Assembly: GCA_051878275.1 (NCBI GenBank)
Contig: JBJEJU010000061.1
Location: 890 to 64,889 of the forward strand
DNA length: 64,000 nucleotides
DNA from: Candidatus Cryptobacteroides sp.
GTDB lineage: Bacteria > Bacteroidota > Bacteroidia > Bacteroidales > UBA932
Direction of reading: 5' to 3'
Position 1 is the stretch's first letter. Every line of letters starts with the position of its first letter. Of this stretch, positions 41,201-50,663 are shown piece by piece. The notes beneath the pieces were generated by a model. That model ran no database searches, was not told the DNA's origin, and saw only the letters and a program-made list of their open reading frames with translations. Both the position numbers and the translations under genes were made by a program.

Positions 41201-41371
41201 CTATTCAAGAGAAATTGCCTCCTGAGGGCATACGCCTGCGCAGGTACCGCACTCAACACAGAGATCAGGATTGATGGTATAAACATCACCCTCGGAGATG
41301 GCGCCTACAGGGCACTCTCCGATACAGGTACCGCAAGCTACGCACTTGTCTGCTGAAATTTTGTAAGCCAT
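41201..41371 (-). CDS. 2[4Fe-4S] ferredoxin (56 aa)
   Basis: Hand-translated: MAYKISADKCVACGTCIGECPVGAISEGDVYTINPDLCVECGTCAGVCPQEAISLE, with two CxxCxxCxxxCP motifs. A -7 box TAAATTTG lies at 41397-41404. Not in the ORF track. Confidence 0.97.
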   Translation of the reverse strand: MAYKISADKCVACGTCIGECPVGAISEGDVYTINPDLCVECGTCAGVCPQEAISLE

Positions 41372-41522
41372 TTTTTTCGGAATTAAATTGTTTGCACAAA
41401 TTTACACCAATAAACCCAAAAAACAAATATAATCTTGTTTCTTTCCTTTTTTGGACGGAAATTTGCAGAATGAAACCCACTGCCGCAAACAGGACGGTCA
41501 CATATAATATCAATACGACATT

Positions 41523-42629
41523 ATGTTACACAGGATCAATGCATTGACAATTACAGCCCTGCTCCTCTCCCTATTCCAGGGCACTGCCTCCGCACAGACA
41601 AGGACAGTTTCAGGCAAGACACAGATAGACAACACGATAGAGCTTGACAAGACAGTGCACGATTTCGGGGATGTACTCTCCGGATCGGGCGCATTGACCT
41701 GCACATTTACGGTAAAGAACATCTCCAGCGAGCCAATGGCAATCTACAACGTGGTGTCCTCCTGCGGATGCACCGGAGTAAAATGGACAAGGGAACCAAT
41801 AGCCCCGGGCGCAAGCGGCACAATCAGCGCCACATATACCAATGACGAGGGCCCATACCCCTTTGACAAGACACTCACGGCTTACTTTTCCGGAGTGAAG
41901 AAGCCGGTGGTACTCCGCCTGCGCGGGACGGCATATGCAAAGAAGCTTCCCCTCGACCAGACCTATCCGGTCCATCTCGGCAGCCTCGCCCTGAAAGAGA
42001 CCTCCATCAAGGCGGGCAACCTCTCACAGGGAAGCCAGAGGTCTGACGCCCTGACTGTTGCAAACATCGGGAAAGCCACCTTGAATCTCAGTTTCACAGA
42101 CGTGACCCCAGGCCTGGAAATCAGCGCCGAGCCCTCAAGCATTGCCCCCGGGGAAACCGCAAAGGTGACCTACACGATATCGGCCTCACGCGACAAATGG
42201 GGCATGAACACCTACACCGCCGTGCCCGTTGCAGGAGGAAAGAAGCTCGGCACGCTCTCTTTCAAGGCCTTCACAAAGGAGGATTTCTCCGGCTGGACCC
42301 CGAAGCAGAGGCAGGACGCCGCCCTCCCCACATTTGATTTCACCACATTCAACTATGATGTCGTGAAACCGGGAACAAAGGTTGTTGCCAGATTCCCGTT
42401 CAAGAATACAGGAAAAAGCACCCTGACAATCCACAAGGCAGATTGCGACTGGGAGGACGCCACCTTCGGGCCGCTCCCCGACATACCTGCCGGAAAAACA
42501 GGCGAGATAACGGTCACCCTGGACACTTCAAGGATGCCGGAAGGCGAGAATGTTGCCATAATCACACTCACCACCAACACCCCCCTGCGCCCGCTTGTCA
42601 ACCTGTTTGCAGGCGGGGCAGTGAAATGA
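41523..42629 (+). CDS. DUF1573 domain exported protein (tandem Ig-like domains)
   Basis: Signal peptide and HDFG...FTVKN...SSCGCT...PIAPG; about three repeats. Confidence 0.85.
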   Translation: MLHRINALTITALLLSLFQGTASAQTRTVSGKTQIDNTIELDKTVHDFGDVLSGSGALTCTFTVKNISSEPMAIYNVVSSCGCTGVKWTREPIAPGASGTISATYTNDEGPYPFDKTLTAYFSGVKKPVVLRLRGTAYAKKLPLDQTYPVHLGSLALKETSIKAGNLSQGSQRSDALTVANIGKATLNLSFTDVTPGLEISAEPSSIAPGETAKVTYTISASRDKWGMNTYTAVPVAGGKKLGTLSFKAFTKEDFSGWTPKQRQDAALPTFDFTTFNYDVVKPGTKVVARFPFKNTGKSTLTIHKADCDWEDATFGPLPDIPAGKTGEITVTLDTSRMPEGENVAIITLTTNTPLRPLVNLFAGGAVK

Positions 42630-42720
42630 CCGCTGCCCCACCCAGTAGGAAAACCGACTTTTTTTCCTTAAATTTGTATGATTTAATAAGGAAAGTGCGG
42701 TTAGGATTAGGCAACAGTTT

Positions 42721-44655
42721 ATGGCAGAACAGCAACTTAGCAATTACACTGAGGAAAATATCAGGACTCTTGAAGGGATTGAACACATCCGCAAGCGTCC
42801 GGGAATGTATATCGGCCGGCTCGGCAACGGAGACAATCCGGGCGACGGCATTTATGTACTTCTGAAAGAAATCATCGACAACTCCATTGACGAATTTTCC
42901 GCCGGATTCGGCAGGCAGGTCCAGATCACGATTGAAGACAACAGTGTCACTGTCAGGGACTTCGGACGAGGCATCCCGCTCGGGGCAGTTGTCAGGGCCA
43001 CGAGCCAGCTCAACACGGGCGGCAAGTTCGACGATGCCGCATTCAAGAAATCAGTAGGACTCAACGGCGTGGGTACAAAGGCAGTAAATGCACTTTCCTC
43101 AGAGTTTTATGTGGAGTCCTTCCGTGACGGCAAGAGTTCGTTCGCAAAATATGAGAGAGGCATCCTCACAGACAGCGGGATGAAGGAGGGCACCGGGGAA
43201 AAGAACGGAACGCTCACGCGCTTCACCCCCGACTTCGAGATGTTCGGCAAGCTCGCCTTCAATATGGAATATGTCGAGACAATGGTCAAGAACTATTCCT
43301 ACCTCAAGAAAGGCCTTGTGTTTGTGCTCAACGGCGTCCAGTACAAGTCGGAGAACGGTCTTCTCGACCTTGTCAACGAAAACCTGTCCGAGCAGCCTCT
43401 ATATGCCCCTATCCACCTGGAAGACACCGACATAGAGGTTGTCATCACCCACGGCAATTCCTACGGCGAGAATATCTCGTCATTCGTGAACGGGCAGAAT
43501 ACCAGGGACGGTGGGACACACCTCGCCGCATTCCGCGAGGCAGTGGCAAAGACCCTAAAGGACTTCTACAAGAAGGACTACAAGCCGGAAGACTGCAGGC
43601 AAGGCATCGTGGGAGCCGTCAGCATCCAGATCCAGGAGCCGAACTTCGAGGGCCAGACAAAGACCAAGCTCGGCAGCACCTATATGTGGGAAAAATTCCT
43701 CAAGGATGCGGACGGAAAGATTGTCAAGAACGAGGACGGGTCCAACGCCATTGACCGCGGACCGACCATCAGGTCATTCATCAACGACTTCATCTCCAAG
43801 CACTTGAATGACTATCTCCATAAGCACGCAGACATTGTCCCGGTAATCGAGGAGAAAATCAAGGCCTCGCAGTCCGAGCGGGAGGAGATCTCCGGCATCC
43901 AGAAAAAAACACGCGAGCGCAACAAGCGGGCAAACGTTTACAACCGCAAGCTCCGCGACTGCCGCTACCATTTCAGCGACAAGGTGGCAAAGGACAAGGA
44001 GGATTTCAAGGAGCTCTCCAGCATCTTCATCACCGAGGGAGACTCAGCAAGCGGTACCATCACAAAGGCGCGCAACGCTGAGTACCAGGCCGTTTTCAGC
44101 CTCCGTGGCAAGCCTATCAACTGCTACAAGGAAAGCCGCCGCAAGGTTGCCGAGAACGAGGAGCTCAGCCTGCTCATCAGCGCACTCGGAGTGGAGGAGG
44201 ACCTTGACAACCTCAGGTACAACAACATCATCATCGCGACCGATGCCGATGACGACGGAATGCACATCAGGATGCTTGTGCTGACATTCCTGATGAAATA
44301 TTATCCCGACCTCATCCGCAGGGGGCATGTATTCATTCTCCAGACCCCCCTGTTCAGGGTAAGGAACAGGAAAACGGTAAAATACTGCTACTCGAGGGAA
44401 GAGAAGCTCGAAGCAGTCAAGGACCTGAAAAACAACGTGGAAATCACCCGTTTCAAAGGTCTTGGCGAGATTTCGGCCGACGAGTTCGTGGACTTTATCG
44501 GGGAAAATATGAGGCTTGACCTCGTGAAGCTTTCCGACGAGGAATCCATTGCCGACATCATGGAGTTCTATATGGGTGACAACACCCCTGACAGACAGAA
44601 CTTTATCAGAAAAAATCTCCGCAGCGAAGCGGAGCTTGAAGACGTTGACATTTAA
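42721..44655 (+). CDS. parE: DNA topoisomerase IV subunit B
   Basis: EHIRKRPGMYIG, SVGLNGVG, EGDSASG, LRGKP and DADDDG. It is the second GyrB-like gene in the window. A -7 box lies at 42669-42676. Confidence 0.92.
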   Translation: MAEQQLSNYTEENIRTLEGIEHIRKRPGMYIGRLGNGDNPGDGIYVLLKEIIDNSIDEFSAGFGRQVQITIEDNSVTVRDFGRGIPLGAVVRATSQLNTGGKFDDAAFKKSVGLNGVGTKAVNALSSEFYVESFRDGKSSFAKYERGILTDSGMKEGTGEKNGTLTRFTPDFEMFGKLAFNMEYVETMVKNYSYLKKGLVFVLNGVQYKSENGLLDLVNENLSEQPLYAPIHLEDTDIEVVITHGNSYGENISSFVNGQNTRDGGTHLAAFREAVAKTLKDFYKKDYKPEDCRQGIVGAVSIQIQEPNFEGQTKTKLGSTYMWEKFLKDADGKIVKNEDGSNAIDRGPTIRSFINDFISKHLNDYLHKHADIVPVIEEKIKASQSEREEISGIQKKTRERNKRANVYNRKLRDCRYHFSDKVAKDKEDFKELSSIFITEGDSASGTITKARNAEYQAVFSLRGKPINCYKESRRKVAENEELSLLISALGVEEDLDNLRYNNIIIATDADDDGMHIRMLVLTFLMKYYPDLIRRGHVFILQTPLFRVRNRKTVKYCYSREEKLEAVKDLKNNVEITRFKGLGEISADEFVDFIGENMRLDLVKLSDEESIADIMEFYMGDNTPDRQNFIRKNLRSEAELEDVDI

Positions 44656-44666
44656 ACCAGATATTT

Positions 44667-45227
44667 ATGTGGGCCAGATTCTGCAGATTTCTGCTTACAA
44701 AGGTTATGGGCTGGACCATTGACAGCCCCGCTCCGGCACCGGAGAAGAAAGTGATCCTCCTGGGTGTCCCGCACACATCAGCATGGGATTTCGTCGTATC
44801 CTATCTGTTCTACAGGCAGTTTGACGGTCCTGACGCAAAGGTAATGATCAAGAAGGAATTCTTTTTCTGGCCGATTGGAGGGCTCCTTAGGAAACTCGGC
44901 GCAATCCCGGTTGACCGTTCCAGCGCCTCCGCAATGGTGAAAAGCCTCATTGAGCAGATGAATGCTGCCGACGAGTTTCACCTTGCAATAGCCCCGGAAG
45001 GTACCAGGAAGGCCACCCGCAAATGGAAGACAGGCTACCACCTCATCGCAAAGGAGGTCGGCTGCCCTGTGTATATGGCATATTTCGACTGGGGGACAAA
45101 GCATATCGGCATCGGCAACAAAATCGAGCTTACGGACGACGCCAGGGCCGACACCGACCGCATCCAGAAGATCTACGGAACGATGAACCTGAAGGGAAAA
45201 TACCCTGAAGATTTTGTAACTGAATAA
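44667..45227 (+). CDS. PlsC-family lysophospholipid acyltransferase
   Basis: PHTSAWD (HxxxxD), IPVDR and APEGTR. Confidence 0.9.
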   Translation: MWARFCRFLLTKVMGWTIDSPAPAPEKKVILLGVPHTSAWDFVVSYLFYRQFDGPDAKVMIKKEFFFWPIGGLLRKLGAIPVDRSSASAMVKSLIEQMNAADEFHLAIAPEGTRKATRKWKTGYHLIAKEVGCPVYMAYFDWGTKHIGIGNKIELTDDARADTDRIQKIYGTMNLKGKYPEDFVTE

Positions 45228-45233
45228 ACTGAT

Positions 45234-46898
45234 ATGAGAATACTCAACAGAAGGGAAAACTTTACCACTACTCTTTCGAGACTGTTCGACTACTGTACGA
45301 TGGCCTACCCTAAAAGGCCCTTGTCGCGATATGTCTATTCCGACGAGCAGAGCTATACCTACTCAGACTTCAGGCACAAGTGCCTGGAGCTGTCCCACCT
45401 GCTCTCAAGATACGGCATAAGCGCAGGCGACAGGGTGGCAATCCTGTCCCAGAACATGCCGAACTGGACAGTGGCATTCTTCTCTGCAGTACCGTTCGGA
45501 AGGGTTGCAGTACCGATTCTGCCTGATTCTTCCGAAAGCGAAGTCACCAATATCCTCAAGCATTCGGGGACAAAGGTGCTTTTCGTCTCACAAAGGTTCA
45601 TGGGAAACGTAAGCAAGGAGTGTTTCGACTCGCTCACCCTTGTGTTTGACATTGAGACGCTGAAGCCCCTGAAAGCAGATGACAAGGCCTTCACCTGCGA
45701 AGGCTGGGTAAAGGAGCCAGAGCCGGACAACCTTGCTGCAATCATCTACACATCAGGCACTTCCGGCAAGGCAAAAGGCGTCATGCTCAGCCACAGGAAT
45801 TTTTGCCAGAACATAGTTGCAGCATCGCACGCGCAGAAATGCACCCCGCGAGACCGCTGGCTTTCGGTTCTTCCGATGTCACACACCTACGAGATGGCGT
45901 TCAGCATGCTGTATCCCCTCTATGTGGGCGGATGCGTCTATTATATCCAGAAGCCGCCTACACCGACGATTCTCATCGGCGCGATGAAGAAGGTCAAGCC
46001 GACCATCATGTGCTCCGTTCCGCTCATCATCGAGAAGGTGTACCGCTCCAGCATTGTACCTACCGTACAGAAAAGCCGGGTGCTGACCTGGATGAAGAAG
46101 CATATGCCGAGACTGCTGTACCGCCTTGTGGGAAGCAGGCTTTACCAGACAATGGGAGGAAGTCTCAGGTTTTTCGGAATCGGAGGCTCCAAGCTTGACC
46201 CTATTGTGGAGGATTTCCTCAAGAAGGCACATTTCCCGTACGCCATCGGCTACGGTCTTACAGAGACAGCCCCGCTAATCTGCAATGCCTGCGTAGGAAA
46301 AACGGCCGTGGGCTCCATCGGAGTACCTGCCTACAATGTGGAGGTCAAGCTGCGCAATGTCAATCCGGCCACCGGCGAAGGGGAAATCGTGGTCAAGGGC
46401 GACAACGTGATGCTCGGCTACTACAAGGATCCGGAAAGGACCAGGGAGGTCATAGACGATGACGGCTGGATGCGCACGCACGACCTTGCATGCATGGACG
46501 AAAAGGGAAGATACTATATCAAGGGACGTCTCGGCAATATGATTGTGGGAGCCTCCGGAGAAAACATCTATCCTGAGGAGATCGAGCAGGTCATCAACGG
46601 CGTGGAAGGAGTGAACGAGAGCCTTGTGATGGAGCGTGACGGCAAGCTCATCGCCCTTATCAAGTTTGACGACTCCATAATCAACTGGAACCAGCAGGGA
46701 GAGGACAAGTTCTTCGAGGCGCTCAATGCCAGGAAGAAGGCCGTGATGGACTATGTCAACAAGCACGTAAGCAAACAGTCAAAAATCAATGACGTGGAAG
46801 CCGTCAAGGAGCCTTTCGAAAAGACTGCCACCCAGAAGATACGCCGTTTCAAATACTTCGGCACCAAGGGTGACGATGTCAAGGACAAGGACAACTAA
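45234..46898 (+). CDS. Long-chain fatty acid-CoA/ACP ligase (AMP-binding)
   Basis: YTSGTSGKAKG, GYGLTET, GEIVVKG.NVMLGYYK and GENIYPEEIE. Confidence 0.92.
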   Translation: MRILNRRENFTTTLSRLFDYCTMAYPKRPLSRYVYSDEQSYTYSDFRHKCLELSHLLSRYGISAGDRVAILSQNMPNWTVAFFSAVPFGRVAVPILPDSSESEVTNILKHSGTKVLFVSQRFMGNVSKECFDSLTLVFDIETLKPLKADDKAFTCEGWVKEPEPDNLAAIIYTSGTSGKAKGVMLSHRNFCQNIVAASHAQKCTPRDRWLSVLPMSHTYEMAFSMLYPLYVGGCVYYIQKPPTPTILIGAMKKVKPTIMCSVPLIIEKVYRSSIVPTVQKSRVLTWMKKHMPRLLYRLVGSRLYQTMGGSLRFFGIGGSKLDPIVEDFLKKAHFPYAIGYGLTETAPLICNACVGKTAVGSIGVPAYNVEVKLRNVNPATGEGEIVVKGDNVMLGYYKDPERTREVIDDDGWMRTHDLACMDEKGRYYIKGRLGNMIVGASGENIYPEEIEQVINGVEGVNESLVMERDGKLIALIKFDDSIINWNQQGEDKFFEALNARKKAVMDYVNKHVSKQSKINDVEAVKEPFEKTATQKIRRFKYFGTKGDDVKDKDN

Positions 46899-46899
46899 C

Positions 46900-46935
46900 A
46901 AAAAAGAGAGGGCCACGCGGTCCTCTCTTTATTTA
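46900..46935. terminator. Bidirectional terminator between the ligase gene and rplI
   Basis: aaaaaagagagggcc-acgc-ggtcctctctttattt. Confidence 0.75.
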
Positions 46936-46948
46936 TGTGCTATACTGA

Positions 46949-47395
46949 TTACTCAGCAACGACTTCGAACTTGAAAGTGCCCTTTACATCCTTGTAGCAC
47001 TTTACCTCAGCCTCATAGATGCCAAGCTCCTTGACCTCTTCGGCAAGAACGGTGATGTCCTTCTTGTCAACCTCGATGCCGGCAGCGACAAGAGCCTCTG
47101 CAAGCTGTGAAGTGGTGACTGAACCGTAGATCTTTCCGGTCTCGCTCACCTTTGCGGATACCTTCACGAGAACTGAAGAAACCTTTGCTGCGAGCTCCTG
47201 TGCGGCAGCAACACGTGCAGCCTCCTTGTGGGCGCGCTGACGGATGGTCTCCTGGAGCTGCTTTACTGCAGAAGGGGTAGCGGTGATAGCAAAACCCTGA
47301 GGGATAAGATAGTTGAGAGCGTAACCTGGCTTAACGTTTACGACATCGTCTGCGTGACCGAGATTGGCCACATCCTTTTTAAGAATAATTTCCAT
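46949..47395 (-). CDS. rplI: 50S ribosomal protein L9
   Basis: MEIILKKDVANLG..DVVNVKPGYALNYLIPQG and KIYGSVT. Confidence 0.97.
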   Translation of the reverse strand: MEIILKKDVANLGHADDVVNVKPGYALNYLIPQGFAITATPSAVKQLQETIRQRAHKEAARVAAAQELAAKVSSVLVKVSAKVSETGKIYGSVTTSQLAEALVAAGIEVDKKDITVLAEEVKELGIYEAEVKCYKDVKGTFKFEVVAE

Positions 47396-47428
47396 AAATG
47401 TCTTCTTCTTTATACTGGTTACACAAAA

Positions 47429-47710
47429 CTACTTGAGAAGGTCGGTTACATATGGAAGCAGAGCAAGGGAGCGTGCCCTCTTGACTGCCTGAGCGACCTT
47501 GCGCTGGAACTTGAGGGAAGTACCGGTGATACGGCGAGGGAGAATCTTGCCCTGCTCGTTGAGGAACTTCTTGAGGAACTCAGGATCCTTGTAGTCAACA
47601 TACTTGATGCCTGCCTTCTTGAAACGGCAGTATTTCTTCTTGCGAACCTCAACTGTCTGAGGATTCAGATAACGGATGGTACCGTTCTGTGCATTGCTTG
47701 TCTGTGCCAT
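47429..47710 (-). CDS. rpsR: 30S ribosomal protein S18
   Basis: [16 protein letters not shown]...[12 protein letters not shown]...AVKRAR. Confidence 0.97.
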   Translation of the reverse strand: MAQTSNAQNGTIRYLNPQTVEVRKKKYCRFKKAGIKYVDYKDPEFLKKFLNEQGKILPRRITGTSLKFQRKVAQAVKRARSLALLPYVTDLLK

Positions 47711-47713
47711 TGA

Positions 47714-48085
47714 TTAGTCCTCCTTTACAGCTTCAGGTTTAACTTCGTTCTTTGCTGCCTTGCCGGCCCTGCGCTTCTCTGCATATGCAACAGCGTGCTT
47801 GTCGAGAGCAACGGTGAGGAAACGGAGAATGCGCTCGTCACGGTGATACTGGGTTTCGAGGCGTGCCACGAAATCCGGGGTGGCCTTGAACTGGATCAGG
47901 TGATAGAAACCTGAAGTCTTGTGCTGGATAGGGTAAGCAAGCTGCTTGAGACCCCAATCCTCTTCGTAAACTACCTCGCCGCCCTTGGCATTGATGTAGT
48001 CAACGTACTTGGCAACCGCTTCCTTCATCTGGGCTTCAGACAAAACGGGAGTTGCAATGAAAACGGTTTCGTACTGTTTTAACAT
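47714..48085 (-). CDS. rpsF: 30S ribosomal protein S6
   Basis: YETVFIATP...EDWGLKQLAYPI...ILRFLTV. Confidence 0.97.
   Translation of the reverse strand: MLKQYETVFIATPVLSEAQMKEAVAKYVDYINAKGGEVVYEEDWGLKQLAYPIQHKTSGFYHLIQFKATPDFVARLETQYHRDERILRFLTVALDKHAVAYAEKRRAGKAAKNEVKPEAVKED
47719..47726 (-). promoter_or_regulatory. Strong Shine-Dalgarno sequence of rpsR
   Basis: Minus strand: AAAGGAGG-ACTAATCA-ATG. Confidence 0.75.
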
Positions 48086-48117
48086 TTTACGGTAATTGTT
48101 TGTTAATAAATAATTTA

Positions 48118-48162
48118 CAGTCCCCGGAAGCCGTATGCCGCTTCAAGGGGACTGCAAATATA
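48118..48162 (-). promoter_or_regulatory. rpsF promoter and 5' leader hairpin (possible S6:S18 leader)
   Basis: -7 box TATATTTG at 48155-48162, followed by CAGTCCCC-TTGAAGCGGCATACGGCTTCC-GGGGACTG. Confidence 0.5.
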
Positions 48163-48208
48163 CAAATTATTTCCGGTTCAGCCAACCATCCGGCTGAAAA
48201 TCCTTCAA

Positions 48209-49666
48209 TTATTTCTCAGGGACAGCCTCGAGAAGCTTCTTGAGGAACTCCCAGGCAGTAGCCACGGTGTCGATCTTCACGCGCTCATCCGGCGAGTGAG
48301 GATGCACGATGGTAGGTCCGACGGACACCATCTCCCAGTTAGGATATTTTGCACCGAGGAGTGCGCACTCGAGTCCACCGTGGGTGGCTCCTACCTTCAT
48401 CTCCTTGCCGGTAAGGTCTTTCCACACCTGGCGTACGACCTCATATACAGGGGTTTCAGGCTTCGGAGTCCATCCGTTGTATCCGCCTGCAGTTGTAAAC
48501 TCGGCTCCTGCAAGCTCAAACACAGCCCTCATCTGGTCTGCGAGGAAGGCCTTTGCCGCATCAATGGAGCTGCGCATCAGGGATTTCACATAGATATGTC
48601 CCTCTTCGCAGCGGATGATTGCAAGATTGGTGGAAGTCTCCGGAAGCCCCTCGAAGGAGTCGCTCATACGGTACACGCCGTTAGGGCATCCGAGGATTGC
48701 CTTGATGACATTGTGCATCACTGCCGGGTCGAGGCACTCCTTTGGAGCGCAGTCAACCTTGTCGAAATGATGCTCGAAGTCAGGGTCGGTATATTGGTAC
48801 TCAAACTTCACATCTGCAAAAATCTTCTCCACAAGTACCTCTGCCTCAGCGGCATTCTCCTGAGGGAGAACTACGAGGGCCTCTGACTCGAACGGAATGG
48901 CATTGCGCAGGCTGCCTCCCTTGAGGTCAACAACCTTTGCCCCGAGCTTTTCTGCAAGAGGGTCGAGAACGCGTGCGAGAATCTTGTTGGCATTGCCCCT
49001 GTAGAGGGCGATATCCATTCCGGAATGGCCTCCGTGAAGACCCTTGATAACAATCTGATATGCAACGCTTCCCTGCGGGACTTCCACCTTGCCGATCTTG
49101 AAGTCTGCGGTACCGTCAAGTCCTCCGGCGCATCCGATGCAGAGTTCTCCCTCCTCCTCGGAATCAAGGTTGAGGAAGATGTCCCCCTTGAAAATGCCGG
49201 GCTCGAGATTCTCGGCTCCGGTCATGCCGGTCTCCTCGTCAACGGTCACGAGCACCTCCACCGGTCCGTGCCTGAGGGTCTTGTCCTCGAGGACTGACAT
49301 TGAGAGGGCAACACCGATACCGTTGTCGGCACCCAGCGTGGTGCCTTCAGCCCCTACCCATCCGTCGATGATCTTTGTCCTGATAGGATCCTTGAGGAAG
49401 TCGTGGTCGGTGTCGGCAGTCTTCTGGGGCACCATGTCCATATGGCCCTGCAGGATGACTCCGCGGCGGTTTTCATATCCCGGAGTGGCAGGAATGCGCA
49501 TAATGATGTTGCCCACCTTGTCCTTGATGGTCTCTATTCCGCGTTCCTTTCCCCAGTTGTAGAGGAATTCCACCACCTTCTCCTCGTGTTTGGACGGACG
49601 CGGGATCTGAGTAAGCTGATAAAAGTTGTTCCAGACGATTTTCGGATCTAAATCTTTGATAGTCAT
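48209..49666 (-). CDS. pepD: Aminoacyl-histidine dipeptidase (M20C)
   Basis: QGHMDMV, TTLGADNGIG, DEETG, NLDSEE, HGGLEC and HSPDE. Confidence 0.95.
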   Translation of the reverse strand: MTIKDLDPKIVWNNFYQLTQIPRPSKHEEKVVEFLYNWGKERGIETIKDKVGNIIMRIPATPGYENRRGVILQGHMDMVPQKTADTDHDFLKDPIRTKIIDGWVGAEGTTLGADNGIGVALSMSVLEDKTLRHGPVEVLVTVDEETGMTGAENLEPGIFKGDIFLNLDSEEEGELCIGCAGGLDGTADFKIGKVEVPQGSVAYQIVIKGLHGGHSGMDIALYRGNANKILARVLDPLAEKLGAKVVDLKGGSLRNAIPFESEALVVLPQENAAEAEVLVEKIFADVKFEYQYTDPDFEHHFDKVDCAPKECLDPAVMHNVIKAILGCPNGVYRMSDSFEGLPETSTNLAIIRCEEGHIYVKSLMRSSIDAAKAFLADQMRAVFELAGAEFTTAGGYNGWTPKPETPVYEVVRQVWKDLTGKEMKVGATHGGLECALLGAKYPNWEMVSVGPTIVHPHSPDERVKIDTVATAWEFLKKLLEAVPEK

Positions 49667-49686
49667 AGTGTATTGTATTTAAGTGA

Positions 49687-50661
49687 TTACATTGTCGTGT
49701 CGATTCCAAGCTGATATACAGGCATCCTGCCCTGCATCAGGACATTGACCCCGTCGGTAAGGCGTACGGTGCATACCGCCGGAATCCTGTAATAGACTGC
49801 ATCCTTCACGGCCCTGGCGCCTTCCTGCGAAGCATCCATTTCCTGCGGGACAAGCTCGAGGAGGTACGGTCTGCCGGAGACATTGTCTGGCGTAAGCAGT
49901 CCTTCGGTGTCGGACACCCTGAATGCCACATAGCGCTGCCCCTTGGTATCCCTCGACGGGATGACCTCGTAGGACATCTTCTGCGGTGCATAATCGCTGT
50001 AGCCGATGAACATTGACATATATTCCTTTTCAAGACGGTCGATTTCCGCAAGAGCGGCACCGAGAGCCTCCCCGCTGAAGGTGGCATCGGTATCTCCGGT
50101 CACGATTTCCATCTTTTTCTCGCGAAGCTTGAAAATCGTGCCGGCAGCCTCCATCGCACGGGTCTCGAGCGATTTCTCCACCACCATCTGCTGCTGGACG
50201 GCCACGCTGCGGTCAGACACCCTGGTATAGAGGGTGGCTGACTCTTCGGTAAGGTTCGAAGTCACTCCTCTTCCGGCAAAATCGTCTTTGGAGTCAAGAG
50301 AAAACCTCCACTGGGCATCCGCGCTTTTTGCACCCCCGAGCGAAATCAGTCCCTGAAGGGTGAGGGCCCCGATCTGGTCGGAACCCGTCTTCGCCCCGAG
50401 CTGGAAACGCCTGCTCTGGTCGGCCTCGGCGTAGGAAACCATCCTGACCGCACTCACGTGGCACTTGGATTCGTCAGAAGGACGCGCGTCGATACCGAGG
50501 TATTTCCTGGCATAACGGGCATATGGGCCCGCGTGGAATGTCTCCTTGACGGCCTCAACCTCAAGACTGATGACAGTCTGGGGAAGCGCATAGGTACTCT
50601 GCGCACGGGCGAATGCCGCAGATGCGAAAAGCACAACAGTAAAAAATAATACTTTTTTCAT
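49687..50661 (-). CDS. DUF4831-like exported protein
   Basis: Start taken at MKKVLFF. YALPQT...GPYARYARKYLG, EKEYMSMFIG, YYRIP and QLG. Confidence 0.75.
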   Translation of the reverse strand: MKKVLFFTVVLFASAAFARAQSTYALPQTVISLEVEAVKETFHAGPYARYARKYLGIDARPSDESKCHVSAVRMVSYAEADQSRRFQLGAKTGSDQIGALTLQGLISLGGAKSADAQWRFSLDSKDDFAGRGVTSNLTEESATLYTRVSDRSVAVQQQMVVEKSLETRAMEAAGTIFKLREKKMEIVTGDTDATFSGEALGAALAEIDRLEKEYMSMFIGYSDYAPQKMSYEVIPSRDTKGQRYVAFRVSDTEGLLTPDNVSGRPYLLELVPQEMDASQEGARAVKDAVYYRIPAVCTVRLTDGVNVLMQGRMPVYQLGIDTTM

Positions 50662-50663
50662 CT

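Noticed and set aside
41116-41340. Possible ncRNA (6S or riboswitch) in the gap ending in a strong terminator
   Set aside because: The region translates to a clear 2[4Fe-4S] ferredoxin.
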